A DNA stretch of 63,202 nt, filler included, from Reclinomonas americana ATCC 50394 (Eukaryota), in NCBI GenBank assembly GCA_048213135.1. It is 6 parts of 3 records of this genome, joined end to end, with 100 filler letters (N's around TTAATTAATTAA, not from the genome) between each part and the next. Parts side by side here need not be neighbours in the genome. Positions count along the whole stretch, not along the records: positions 29,956 to 38,789 come from PS015236.1; positions 38,890 to 45,070 come from PS015237.1; positions 45,171 to 63,202 come from PS015238.1; 3 more parts are not named here. One strand, written 5' to 3'. Position 1 is the stretch's first letter, and every line of letters begins with the position of its first letter. The notes below the pieces were generated by a model. That model searched no databases, was not told the origin of the DNA, and worked only from the letters and a program-made list of their open reading frames with translations. Both the position numbers and the translations under genes were made by a program. Below are positions 36,720-49,873 of the stretch, one piece after another.

Positions 36720-39290
36720 TCACCGTTTCTGTGCCTCGTCAATCTTGTACGAATTGTAGATTTGCATAAACAAGTCGCGGCACATGATCTTGGCGCGCAG
36801 TTTGAAGCACAGCAGGAAGGCGCCGCTGAGTTTCCTGTGCAGCGAATACGATTCTTGTGGAGGCGGCGCCAGACGGTTGTGGGCAATGGTTGGCATCACA
36901 GTGGTCATGCGCTGCGTGATGTTGTGGCTGATGAAATCGTACGGCGCCGGTGAAGCAAACGGTTCGCCGACAATCAGCGCGGCCTTGACGTGCGCGTCGA
37001 GCATATCCTGTAAAGAAAAATACTGTGAGGGAATCACATCCCACCAAGCAATCCATCTCTTTGTGTTCACAAACCTTGGTCTCGTCGCCGGTCAGGAAGC
37101 CCATTTTTCGGGAGGCGTCGAGAATTTCTTGGTGATCTGCCGTGGCCGCGCCGTGCACCACCCGAATGTACTGGTCCACAAATTTCTTGTCGTAGTCGTG
37201 CGACGCACCAAAGTCCAACAGCAGCAGCTGTACAGCCGCGAGACGTGAATCAACAGTCGATACAGAAGCGTGTCGGTATTAACGGCCACAGCACACACAC
37301 CTTGGTCGTGGAGGGGTCGTAGAAGAAGTTTGACCAGTTTGGATCGGTCTGCATGAAGCGCCACTCAAACAACTCACGCAGACACAGCTTGAGGAGGCGA
37401 CGAGCCACCTGCATCATCGAGGTGATATTAGCGAGGGAGGAAGAGAGAGAGGATTGTGTGTGCGTGTGTACCAAGTGGCGATCGGGGCACGTACCACGTT
37501 TCGTGTGTTTTGGTCCAGCGAGGCCACCTGGTCGACAGAGAGGCCCTTGACAAACTCCGTCGTCAGCACTCGCTTCGTGCTCAGCTCGCCAATGACCTGT
37601 TCCCGACAGTGAGCAATAGTACTGTGCCCACCCAGACAGCGCAACGTACATCGGGGACAATAAAGTCGGGATCGTCGGCCACCAATCGCTTGAAGCGGAG
37701 TTGGTGGGCAGCTTCGCGCTCGTAGTCACACTCCAGCGACAACTCGCGCTTCGCCGCATCCATCGCCTCGTCCACGTACAAGCCGCGCGGAAGAACCGAA
37801 ATCATGGAGAGTACACGGCGCAGGTTGTTCAAGTCGCTGTCGATGCTCTCCGCCACTCCCGGATACTGAATCTTCATGGCCACCACTCGACCGTCGTGCA
37901 GCACGGCGCGGTGCACTTGACCGATTGACGCCGCTGCAATGGGTCGCTCGTCGAACGACTTCAATCGCGATCGCCAGTTCGCGCCCAGCTCCTGCACCAG
38001 CACGCCCTCCAGCTGCTTCCTCGGCATCACATCGGCACTGTCGCGTACTCGCTGCAGGACTTGCGAGACCTGCGGCGGAATGATACTCTCATCTTGAATG
38101 GACAGCATTTGACCGAGTTTCAGCGCGGCGCCACGCATACGACACAACACCAAGGCCAGCCTCTCCGCATTGGCCTCGGTGAGGAACGCATTATAGGTGG
38201 GAGTACTGGCACTTGCTGCGGGTTTCGGAGCTGCAGTCGCGGACGGCCTGCGCGCCACACGGGAACTCGTCAGCAATGCACGAGCTGTCGACCACACTGC
38301 ACAGAGGACGTCGTAACTTTCTGCTGCTGGGGTACTCACTGGGCGAGGGCGTGGGTGTTGGTGGTGGTGAAGGAGGCAACGGCTGCGGCGAGGACGTCGT
38401 AGGAGACGACGCTGCTGCTGCTGTAGTTGCCATGGCCAGCGTCGGTGCCGGCACCTCTCCTGTGGCCACCGAGGTCTCCAAGCCGGCGGCGGCAGGAGCC
38501 TCGCTGATGGCCTCCTGTGAGCCGCGGAACAGATTCTGCCACTTCTGCTTCACTATGTCCTTGACCACGCCAAAGCCAAGCGACACGCCCAGCGCTACTC
38601 GCCACGTCAATAAGCACAATGCACAAAGAAAGGAGAAGAAGAAGCAGCAGCACCACGCACCACCGAATCGTGCCGCTCGCCCAATCGGCGTGCTCGGCAC
38701 CGCCACTTCCCGCGGTTCCTGCGACCAGAACAGAGCACATCAGCACGCACAGAGAGAAAGAGTGAGGCGGAGAGACAACGCAAAGACGCNNNNNNNNNNN
38801 NNNNNNNNNNNNNNNNNNNNNNNNNNNNNNNNNTTAATTAATTAANNNNNNNNNNNNNNNNNNNNNNNNNNNNNNNNNNNNNNNNNNNNGGAGAGAGAGA
38901 GAGAGGGAGGAGAGAGAGAGAGAAAGAGAGAGAGAGAAGAGTGAGTGATTGTGTGTGTGATTTGTGAGTGTGAGTGTGTGAGTGTGTGCGTGTGTGTGAG
39001 TGTGTGTATGAGTGTGTGTGAGTGAGTGTTGTGTGTGAGAGAGAGAGAGAGGAGAGAGAGGGAGACAGAGAGAGACAAGAGAGTGTGTGATTGTGTGCGT
39101 GATTGTGTGTGATTGTGTGTGATTGTGTGTGATTGTGTGCGTGTGTGTGAGTGTGTGAGTGTGTTAGTGAGCGAGTGAGTGAGAGAGAGTGTGTGTGAGA
39201 GAGAGTGTGAGTGAGTGTGTGAGAGTGATGTGTGCGACATGACACACACGCGCACGCTCTTACCTGTTCAGCTGCTGATGTCATCTGTTT
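36720..39290 (-). CDS. COQ8: COQ8/ABC1 (UbiB-family) atypical kinase
   Basis: [79 protein letters not shown] and [20 protein letters not shown]. The 5' exons lie among repeats and a gap, so the start is uncertain. Confidence 0.95.
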
Positions 39291-39330
39291 GTGTGTGTAT
39301 GAGAGAGAGTGTGTGTGTGTGTGCGCGCGT
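38890..39330. repeat. Complex (GA)n/(GT)n microsatellite including tandem GTGTGTGATT units
   Basis: Directly visible; intronic in the COQ8 5' region. Further (GA)n tracts at 39684-39729 and 56949-56994, (CT)n at 42040-42100, and (CAT)n at about 33150-33190. Confidence 0.9.
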
Positions 39331-39564
39331 TCTCTCCTTTGTGTGTGTGTTGATCATTCATCGGATCAATCACTGCGTGCGCAATCACTCACACTCTTGA
39401 GTGAATGCGTTCTCTTGTTGTTGGTGCTGGCAGTGGTGCGTCTCTCTTTCTTTGCCTATATGTCTCTCTCTCATTGTTGAGACACGCGTGCACGCACACG
39501 TGTGCATCACTGATTCGTCTTGTGTTTTTGTGTGTAAGTAGTGTCGCGACTGTTTTCACGCACT

Positions 39565-39678
39565 ATGGCTTCCTCCTCGGCTGCTCCGTCGACGCGCATC
39601 ACAGAGTCGACTTTGAATCAGGTGAATGCTCATGTGTGGGAAGACACACACAGAGAGAGATTGCAGACGAGATGCAGG

Positions 39679-39729
<51 letters not shown>

Positions 39730-42061
39730 NNNNNNNNNNNNNNNNNNNNNNNNNNNNNNNNNNNNNNNNNNNNNNNNNNNNNNNNNNNNNNNNNNNNNNN
39801 NNNNNNNNNNNNNNNNNNNNNNNNNNNNNNNNNNNNNNNNNNNNNNNNNNNNNNNNNNNNNNNNNNNNNNNNNNNNNNNNNNNNNNNNNNNNNNNNNNNN
39901 NNNNNNNNNNNNNNNNNNNNNNNNNNNNNNNNNNNNNNNNNNNNNNNNNNNNNNNNNNNNNNNNNNNNNNNNNNNNNNNNNNNNNNNNNNNNNNNNNNNN
40001 NNNNNNNNNNNNNNNNNNNNNNNNNNNNNNNNNNNNNNNNNNNNNNNNNNNNNNNNNNNNNNNNNNNNNNNNNNNNNNNNNNNNNNNNNNNNNNNNNNNN
40101 NNNNNNNNNNNNNNNNNNNNNNNNNNNNNNNNNNNNNNNNNNNNNNNNNNNNNNNNNNNNNNNNNNNNNNNNNNNNNNNNNNNNNNNNNNNNNNNNNNNN
40201 NNNNNNNNNNNNNNNNNNNNNNNNNNNNNNNNNNNNNNNNNNNNNNNNNNNNNNNNNNNNNNNNNNNNNNNNNNNNNNNNNNNNNNNNNNNNNNNNNNNN
40301 NNNNNNNNNNNNNNNNNNNNNNNNNNNNNNNNNNNNNNNNNNNNNNNNNNNNNNNNNNNNNNNNNNNNNNNNNNNNNNNNNNNNNNNNNNNNNNNNNNNN
40401 NNNNNNNNNNNNNNNNNNNNNNNNNNNNNNNNNNNNNNNNNNNNNNNNNNNNNNNNNNNNNNNNNNNNNNNNNNNNNNNNNNNNNNNNNNNNNNNNNNNN
40501 NNNNNNNNNNNNNNNNNNNNNNNNNNNNNNNNNNNNNNNNNNNNNNNNNNNNNNNNNNNNNNNNNNNNNATGAGGCTCGTGTTGGGGTCACGCAGTCACA
40601 GACAACTCATCCGTCGGCTTGCCTCCACTGGGAATTCTTTTTCTTCTCCTTCTTCGTCTGCTTCTCCTCCCCCTCTCTCTCTCTTGTGTCTCGTGCGTTT
40701 GTGCACGAGACTTGTGTGGGTCAGAGTCATCCGTCTCCTTTTTGTCATTCTTGGTCTTCTCCTTCTTCATCTGCTTCTCCTCCGCCTCCTCCCTCTCCCT
40801 CCTCTTCTCTCTCTTTCATCTCCTGTACCCTTCGCTTCATTGTTGGGGACCAGTCAGTCACATTTTTCTTTTTTCGGTGTGCAGCAAGATTGCGGGATCT
40901 GGACCGGCGGCCCTTGCCACGGCGGCGCTCTTCCGACGCGTGATCAGCGACACGCGAAGTGGCGAGTTGCGCGCGGGAACCGTATTCGATATTCTGCGCA
41001 GCATTGGGCAGGCGTTGGCGGCGGCAAGACCGAATGGTTCGTCTCCTTTTCTCTCTCTCCCTCCCCCGTGCCGCATGACTGACCACCGCGCGCAGTGCTG
41101 CCGATTCACAACGTGTGCCGGCGAGTGCTGTTCTTCATGGGCGAGGCCGGAGAGCAGAGCGGGAGCAGTGCACAGACGATTTCTGCGCCGGCCACCCCGG
41201 CGCCCAGTGATCGCACGCCGCTGCAGTTCTTGTCGGCGGATGTGGAGGAGTCGGCGCAGCCAAGCATGAGGAAACACGACTTGCCGTTTGGGGCGCTGAA
41301 GGAGGAGGTGATTGAGAGTGTGAACCACTTGATTGACAGGATTGATTCGGCGCCGGTGGAGATCAAGAAGAAGGCCGCCGAGCACGTGCACGACAGGTGA
41401 GAGCGATGATTCCCAAATAACTGCGTGGTCCTTTGGCTTACCCGTTCTCTCTCGGACGCAGCGAGTACATTTTGGTGTATGGACCCTCGAAGATTGTGGA
41501 GAGCTTCCTGTTGTTTGCTGCCGAGTCCGCGCGTCGCTCGTTCCACGTGATTGTGGTCGAGGCGCCCACTGCGTGTGTCGAGACGCACGCCATGGCGGCG
41601 AACCTTGCGCGCAAGATCCCCACCACGGTGAGGGTGTCCCCTCGTGGCGATTGCGACATGCTTTTGGCACTGACACCCTGCTTGTGTAGGTNNNNNNNNN
41701 NNNNNNNNNNNNNNNNNNNNNNNNNNNNNNNNNNNNNNNNNNNNNNNNNNNNNNNNNNNNNNNNNNNNNNNNNNNNNNNNNNNNNNNNNNNNNNNNNNNN
41801 NNNNNNNNNNNNNNNNNNNNNNNNNNNNNNNNNNNNNNNNNNNNNNNNNNNNNNNNNNNNNNNNNNNNNNNNNNNNNNNNNNNNNNNNNNNNNNNNNNNN
41901 NNNNNNNNNNNNNNNNNNNNNNNNNNNNNNNNNNNNNNNNNNNNNNNNNNNNNNNNNNNNNNNNNNNNNNNNNNNNNNNNNNNNNNNNNNNNNNNNNNNN
42001 NNNNNNNNNNNNNNNNNNNACGTACGTCGTCCTCCTCCTCCTCTCTCTCTCTCTCTCTCTC

Positions 42062-42103
<42 letters not shown>

Positions 42104-42407
42104 CCTTCTCATCGTGTCTGGCCGTGCAGGACACCTTCAACGAACTGCGATCACCGGCCGAAGTGCTGTCGTTCCCCATGGCCAAGAGCCTCGTGCACGC
42201 CGAAGTCATCAACCCTGCCTACGACTACATCACCGCCGATCTGGTCTCACTCATCATCACCGACGAGTTGCGTTGCTTTCTCATGCATCAATGATTTGTC
42301 CTTGCACCGCTCACTGTTCACGTCGCCACAGAGAAAGCTGCGCCCCGTCGTACATTTACCGCATGGTGAAAGACAACTACGACCCCGCCGACAGGTTTAC
42401 AGAGTAA
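39565..42407 (+). CDS. EIF2B2: Translation initiation factor eIF2B beta subunit (GCD7-like)
   Basis: KIAGSGPAALATAALFRRVIS, LAAARPNVLPIHNVCRRVL, EIKKKAAEHVHDSEYILVYGPSKIVESFL, FHVIVVEAP, EVINPAYDYITADLVSLIITD and APSYIYRMVKDNYDPAD. Confidence 0.88.
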
Positions 42408-42475
42408 AGCAAGACCGCAAGCACGAAAGAATCATCAGTGTCCTTCCGTCCTCTCTTATTGTTGTCGTGAGCGCC

Positions 42476-43551
42476 ATGGCGTCATCATCATCTTCCGCCT
42501 CCACCAATCGTGTGTTCCTCGACATTGACCTGGGCGATCGCGCAGCCTTTGAGCAGGCCACACAGTTGCGCACAAATGGACTGCGGTCTCTTTGCATGCA
42601 TGCATGCATTGACAGAGAAGTGCGCAGAGAGTATGAGCGCGGTCAGGCGTTTCTCGAGTCGATTGCGGCCTCGTACAGTCTCCCCTCTCGTGCAGAGGAG
42701 CTGAGTGAAGACGACCGTGCCATGGTCAGTGAGTTGTACGAGAGCAGTCGACAGCATGACGATCGCATGCGACTTGTCGCACCTCCGCCTCTGCACGCCG
42801 GTCGACTTGTGATTGAGTTGCTGGTCGACGCAGCACCGCAGGCGTGCGAGAACTTTCGCGTACTGGTGTGTGTCTGTGTGGACTGCTGCTGCCCACTGCT
42901 GCTGCTGCTTGTGTGCTGAAAGCACTCGCCTACAGTGCACTGGTGAGCGTGGCGTCAGCAGGGCCAGTGGCAAGCTGTTGCATTACAAAGGCGTGCGCTT
43001 CCACCGCATCATGCGCGACTTTATGGCGCAGAGTGGCGACGTGATTCGTGGCGATGGCAGCGGTGGCGAGAGCATCTTTGGCAAAAAGTTCAACGATGAA
43101 AAGGGCGGCCTCAAGCTCCGACATGATCGCGTGGGCATTGTGTCGATGGTGCGTTTGCTGCGTGCCACTGTTATTGTTGTTGGCTGCTACTGATGGTGGT
43201 GCTGCTCCATGCAGGCCAACTCTGGGCGCAACAGCAACACCTCGCAGTTCTTTATTCTGCTGCAGGCTCCGAAACCCAACCTGGACGGCAAGTTGCGTGC
43301 AACTCCAACCTTTTCGCGTCCCTCTCGCGTGCAGTCAAATCACTCGCTGCTGATTGCAGGCACGTTGTGTTTGGGCACGTGGTCGAAGGTGCGCGGCGAC
43401 ATATCGCGTCGTGCCGTCGTCTGTGATGCATGGCGCACTCATTCTGTTTGCAGGGCTGGATATCCTCGAGCGCATCAATCGGGAGGCGGCCTCTGAGGAT
43501 GGCGCACCGCGGACCGAGGTGGTGATTGCAGATTGCGGAGTCGTACAATGA
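42476..43551 (+). CDS. Cyclophilin-type peptidyl-prolyl isomerase with an N-terminal insertion
   Basis: RVFLDI...GRLVIEL...APQACENFRVLCTGERG...LHYKGVRFHRIMRDFMAQSGD...GSGGESIFG...MANSGRNSNTSQFFI...LDGKHVVFGHVVEG. Confidence 0.95.
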
Positions 43552-44432
43552 ATGAGCTTACAACGGCGCAGCAGCAGCTTACATTTTCCTTCACCAACAA
43601 CAACAAACACACCGACAGCGCGCCAACAACACACGCATAAGAACTACAACTTTTAACGACTACTTCTCACTTTTTCTTCACCTGCCTTCATCGTCTTTCT
43701 CTCTTCTCCCACGCACGCACACGTGCACACAATCGCCTCTCTCTCTCTCTCACCAACAATGTCAACAGTGAGCAATGAATAGAGTGACACGTGCACGCGC
43801 AGCAGGAGACACCAAACAACGACGACGACGACAGCAACACTCGACTGCACACCGACAACAAGAACAACAACTGGAGCAACGGAAACCAAGGAGGAACGAA
43901 GCAACGCAATAAAGAACGCGAAGAAAGAACACACTAAAACGGGACAAAAGAACAACAACAACAACAGCAACAAGGAACAGCGCAGACGGAGACACCGGAA
44001 ATGGTGTCGCACGCCAAAACGCGTGATGTACAAGCACAATCCACCGTGCGGCGCAACAAAGAGACGCACGCGGTAGGATGTGAATCGAATTACAACGCAG
44101 CAAATGAAAGCAACGTCAAGATGGTGAAAATAAGAAAAGAATGGGCAAACGAAAACAAGCACGAACTGGACTGTGCACAGAAAGCAGGGGCGACGACGAC
44201 AGTGCACGCCAATAACTAAGGCATGCCTTCCGTTCGTCATCCCCCACCCAAGCACCAGTCCACATTCGTCTCTCGCTGTCTCCACGTGGGGACGAACACA
44301 ACACGCGCAATTAATTCTGTCAGACGCAGGCGAGTGAGCCATCATTTGCAACGACGACGAGTGACAGACAGTCTCAACAAACAGGACAAGTACGCAACAG
44401 AGCGGTCAATAGTGGAGCAGGCCATCTCCGTC

Positions 44433-45280
44433 TCACGCGAGACCAGTGCGCGGTACCAGCACCGAGGTCTCGCGCAGTGGCGACGAAGAAGCAGACACGG
44501 CGCGCTTGGCGCCTCTGAGAGGCGCATGCACGTGCTTCTTGCCGTCGAGACTGAAATCCTCGTCGTCGGCCAAATCGCACTCGGTGCACCTTCTCTCGCG
44601 GCCGACACTCATCTGGCGCACATCCTCGTCCTCTTCTTCGGCCTTCTCCAGCGGGCTCAGGTTGGCCACAGGCGTCGAGGCTGCTGAGCGGCGGGGGGAA
44701 AACACAACAATCAGGCAGGGAGGGGAAAACAAAGATCAAGAATACAAGACGCACCATCGTCGTCGGCCTCGGGCATCGACAGCATCACCGACTGCAGCGA
44801 CATGCGCATCGAGCTCGGGCTGCTGCCGGCTGACGGCGGCGGAGTCAACGGCGCCTCCTCCTCTTCCTCCTCGTCCTCGGCCGGCGTCAACGCATCGGTC
44901 GCATCGTCGTCCAGCTCACTGCCGCGGCGCAGACTGCTCTTGCCCGACATCAGCGACGAAGTGAAAGGCGACGCTGTCAGTACCGGAAAGATGGGAGTTT
45001 TCGGTACATCCACGGGGATTCCCGACGGCAGCGACGAGTCGACCGGCACCTCCAAGCCCAGGCGACTGCANNNNNNNNNNNNNNNNNNNNNNNNNNNNNN
45101 NNNNNNNNNNNNNNTTAATTAATTAANNNNNNNNNNNNNNNNNNNNNNNNNNNNNNNNNNNNNNNNNNNNGACGACCCGCCAGACCCGGTGATGCTGATG
45201 GATGTAGAAGAAGACGACAACCCCGACGGCGGCGGTGACGGCGACGGCGGTTCGTCGAGTGGGAAATAGTGAAAAAATTT
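44433..45280 (-). CDS. Hypothetical Ser/Pro/acidic-rich protein (partial, crosses a gap)
   Basis: Open frames with exon-like composition (EVPVDSSLPSGIPVDVPKTPIFP..., AASTPVANLSPLEKAEEEDED) joined by a GT-AG intron. No family recognised. Confidence 0.4.
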
Positions 45281-45598
45281 TGTGTCAAAGAACACGTAGA
45301 GAAGGCACACGGAATAGCCTCCATTTTCGTCGTAAAAAAGAACCCTTAGCCCTCCACAAACAGCATTTTTGAGACAGAAAGCAAAGAAAGTAATGAGAGA
45401 AGAACATAGCACACACAGACAGACAGCGGTAGGAGAAAACGGAAAAAGGTGACTTAAAAGCACGGTTATGCAAAGCAATATGCAAACAGGGTGGGGGAAA
45501 GAAGAGCGGAAGTGAGGCACGCCCTCGTCACAGGTGCGGCGCCAGCGAGTAACAAAACTGCAACCATCCTGCGGAAACTTGGCGGGCGGCCTGTCGAC

Positions 45599-48500
45599 TC
45601 ATCTTCGCAAGATGGACAGTAGCCGTGCACTCTTGCCCCATTCTAGCGAGTCCGTAATCCTGCGGAAGGTGGGATCAAAGAGATCCAGCAGCGACGACCG
45701 ACACGACCAGATAATGTTGTAGGCGAGCCTGCATCGGAGGTAAAAGGCGGCGGGGTGAGGCACGACAAGGACGGGAGAAGGGGCAGAGAGAAAAGTGGAA
45801 CGCACCAAGGGCCCTTGTTGGGTGTGGCCTCCGCCACTCTGTGATACCCAAACTGCGTAATCGGCAACGTGACCACCTCGTCGCCCTCCACCTGCTGCGC
45901 CAAGTGCTCTCGCTGTACTCGCACATACTCNNNNNNNNNNNNNNNNNNNNNNNNNNNNNNNNNNNNNNNNNNNNNNNNNNNNNNNNNNNNNNNNNNNNNN
46001 NNNNNNNNNNNNNNNNNNNNNNNNNNNNNNNNNNNNNNNNNNNNNNNNNNNNNNNNNNNNNNNNNNNNNNNNNNNNNNNNNNNNNNNNNNNNNNNNNNNN
46101 NNNNNNNGCTACCGACGGGAATCGGTGGCGAGCCGGTCTCTAACCGCAGCCATCCGTAATTGTCCATCACCGCGTCTTCTGGCACGCCCGTTGCCGTGGG
46201 CGCTGCCGCTGCCGCTGCCGCGGCCATTGCTGTGGCTGTGGTGGTGGTCGCAACAATGTTTGTCATGGTCACGGTAGTAGCGGAAGTGGCAGCAGCTGCA
46301 GCAGCGGCAGCAGCAGCGGCAGCGGCGGCTGCGGCAGCACCGGTCGTGGCCAGCGCGCTCGACAGCAGCGGTGTGGTTTCTGTAGGACCCTGGTGTGCTG
46401 ACGCCGTGGCTGCCTCTCCCAATGCCGCAACTACAGCGGCGGCAGCAGCACTGCTGGCTGGTACGACTGCGATGGACGAGGTGGCCTGCGTGGCGGCCGC
46501 TGCACTCGAGCCACTGGCCCCGCGTGTGTTGCGACTGTCCGTGATGCGATGATTCATGCGAATGGCGGCATCCAAAGCTTCGCCTTCGAGGCGCAACATG
46601 TCATCCTCCAGCATGGCGCTGAGACACGAGAGACCATTGGCCGAGCGGAATGCACTCGCAGCCTCGGGTGTCTGGGCCAACAACACGTCGGCCGCCAACA
46701 ATGCCGCCTATCAGCACCATGACCTGGTTAGGCACCGCCCGCGCAATGCGAGAGAAAACGAGACGGCAAACCTCGAGAACGCGCATATACTGTCGATTCT
46801 GCCGCGCAAACTCATACCACCTACGCAGTGCCCGAATGAAATCGGCAGCACCGACATTGGCGAACTGGATGGCATTCTCCGGACAGCCTGCGATGACAAG
46901 AAAATGCACCCACATGAAACCAGCACTCCGAATTTCGGTACATCAAGACCACGGACCTCGCACAGCGTCGCGAATTGCGCTGCAGGCGGCGACAAACGTC
47001 GCAGCGTCGGTCATATGTCGCACGATGGCGTCACGTACGGCGACGATACCGCGCTCGGCGAGCAGCAACAACTGATTCGGGGCATACATCTGGGTGGCCA
47101 CACTGATGGCCCACAAGCACTCGCGCACACACTCGGCCGCATCCAAGCGCCTCGACAGCGCTCTGACCACCGCGGCCAACCCGCCATATTCACCGAAAGT
47201 AACGCAGTTCTCTGGCACGTCTTGCATTGCAAATCGTGCCAGCCACGCCGCCGCACGCACCACATCCTCGTGATCCAGATTGGAGTTGATTACGGGAATG
47301 AGCGCTTGCATGCCATCTGCGCCAAACATGCGTCGATACTGCGGCTCATCTGCGCGCATCAGACAGAGACAGCCGTGAGTAGAAAGTACGGCGGGGATCA
47401 GTTTAGCTGCGAGGGGAGAATCACTGCGACGCAACAAGAGAGGGCACTGCGCGCCGCACGGCAAGCTTTTTGCATTGCTTCTCGCTTGCCGGGCAGCGCC
47501 TGCATGGCCTTGATTAGTGCCAACATACCACCGTTGGAGGAGAACTCAGTTTTGTTGAGTTTGTCGCCCGAGGTGGCGTTGAGGACAGCCGAACATGCTG
47601 CTCGAACAATGTGATCGTCATGACAGTAGCGGTCAATTACTGGAATCAGGCGCTGCAGTCCACCGACAATGCCAAACACGCGTCCATTCGCTTGATTATC
47701 TGCTCACACACGCGCATAGAGATGAGCACCACCACTTCATGAACTAACTCGGTTGCTCCTGTCATGAGGCATATNNNNNNNNNNNNNNNNNNNNNNNNNN
47801 NNNNNNNNNNNNNNNNNNNNNNNNNNNNNNNNNNNNNNNNNNNNNNNNNNNNNNNNNNNNNNNNNNNNNNNNNNNNNNNNNNNNNNNNNNNNNNNNNNNN
47901 NNNNNNNNNNNNNNNNNNNNNNNNNNNNNNNNNNNNNNNNNNNNNNNNNNNNNNAATGCGATTACACGCACCACACAGGGCATTAACAATTGCCCAGCAC
48001 ACTTCCAGCATCACGGTCGGCAAGTCGAGGTGCTTTTCCAGACACTGGGCGAGCACTCGAATGCCGTCGACCTGGGCGAACTGCCCTTGCGCTTCGTTCT
48101 GACCTGCTCGATTTCACACGCGTGAGTCGGAGGGGACACGAGAGAGGAGGGGAATCAAACACAACAGACCTCTTCCCATACATCTGGCCAACGCGTAGGC
48201 CGCAGCCGACAGAGCGTCGGCATCCACCGATATCGGATCGTCGTCGGCCAGCACACGCAGGAGCATCGGATACAGCATGGTGCCGTTCACCATGTGCCGA
48301 GGAACGGCTTTCATGGCCGCCACTCGCACCACATGCGGGTACAGGCGNNNNNNNNNNNNNNNNNNNNTGCATTGGGTGGCGGTGGCTCAGTCGACAGCGC
48401 CTTCAACGTCGTAATGTTGAGCTCGTGCGGAGCAATGGCAACACCCGTGGACAGCAGGTCACTGCCGCGAATCAGTGGTGCCAAGTGCCGCTGCTCGGCG

Positions 48501-49533
48501 CTGAGCGGCGTGTCCTTGATGAACAGACGCCGCAGCGTGCTCGGCAACTCCCACACTGCCCCCCGATACAAGAGACAACACGTGAGCATGAGCAGCAGCA
48601 CAATCAACAAGCACGGCGCGGGGATGCGCACCAGTCCGCGTTGGCATGGACGACAAGGCTGTCTTGGTCAAGTTGAGCTCCACCAGGCGTTTTGGCAAGA
48701 CGCTCCACCGACAAAAGCCAGTAAACTCGGTGCTGCGCGACAGATCCAGACACTCTAGCCGTGACGGCAGAGCCGTGGCTGATGGAAGGGAGGCAAACAT
48801 GCGAATAAGAGACTCTCCGAACACACACACACACACACACTCGCGTCATACGGACCATCGAGAAAGCCGCGCACGTTGGTCAACGTCAGTCGTCGCAGGT
48901 TCGGGAAGCGTAGTGAAAAGTCGTACAGCTCTAACCCGCGTCATCATGCACACTGATCAGCGGCTGAAATGCGGGCACAGCCCTTTCGCAAACACACGCA
49001 CCTTGCAAGTCCGGCACCACATCGGGCACAGCACGATATCTGCCCTCACTCACAGAACGCTCTGCATACAGGCACCATTCACGCGAGGTTCTCCATTGCA
49101 ACCGAAAGTCATCCACAGTGTGGAACCGCAAGATCTACGAGAATCGGGAGATGAGATGAGATGATCAAACAATCAGTGCATGCACATGTGGCACTGATGA
49201 ACGAATGATGCACACGGATACAGATGGCCGGCGANNNNNNNNNNNNNNNNNNNNCACACATGCACAGACAGAGGAAGATAGAAGAGAGTCTGTTTGTGAG
49301 TGCGCGCGTTGTCAGACCTCGGTCCACAGTTCCACCGGCAACAGTGACAACAGTGTGCGGTGTTGCACAGCTCCACCTCCACTTCGACTTGCACTTCCTT
49401 CTCCACCACTACCACCACCACCAGCGCCATCATCACATCCATCACCACCGCCATCAGCAAGAGCAAAGGGAGCGACCGAAGTCGAGATGGTGGTGGTGGT
49501 CGACAAGGAATCCATTTTCCCTCCCTTTTCCAT
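45599..49533 (-). CDS. F-box-like + leucine-rich repeat + armadillo repeat protein (ARABIDILLO-like architecture)
   Basis: F-box-like LLSLLPVELWTE.ILRF; LRRs (FPNLRRLTL, LPSRLECLDLS, LPKRLVELNLT, LPSTLRRLFI); ARM repeats (NKTEFSSNGGMLALIKAM, NCVTFGEYGGLAAVVRAL, NAIQFANVGAADFIRAL). Confidence 0.7.
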
Positions 49534-49873
49534 GCGTATTACGCCGCCAGTGATCACCCGCCGACACTCAGCCTGTCCACACAATGGTACACGGTGTCAA
49601 AAGAGCACGCGCCAATAACACACTCTCGCCATAAAGAGAAGCAACCTCTCGGATTCTCCGTGACTGAGTGAGCAAACAACACGCGCACGCGGACACACAC
49701 ACACAGACACACACAGACAGAGAGATAAACTCAGTGCGTCCGCACACACACTCGCACTTGCTCTCTCTCTCTCTCACGCACAAGCGCAAGTCTCCCGCTT
49801 TCTCACCGAAAACGCGTTGTGTTTGTGTTGACAATGATGCACTCCGCGAGCACTGTGCACATCTTTCACACCC

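Noticed and set aside
39083-39140. Tandem GTGTGTGATT units as a possible CRISPR, telomeric or regulatory array
   Set aside because: No spacers, embedded in a GT/GA microsatellite, and in a eukaryotic intron.
40625-40890. Apparent non-canonical GA/GG donor in eIF2B-beta (ACTGG|gaattc)
   Set aside because: In-frame canonical GT donors exist slightly downstream (TC|gtctgc, CTC|gtgcgt), so a non-canonical site is not required.
38838-41082. Long His/Thr/Ser, Glu/Arg and X-rich ORFs
   Set aside because: Artefacts of dinucleotide repeats and N-gaps.
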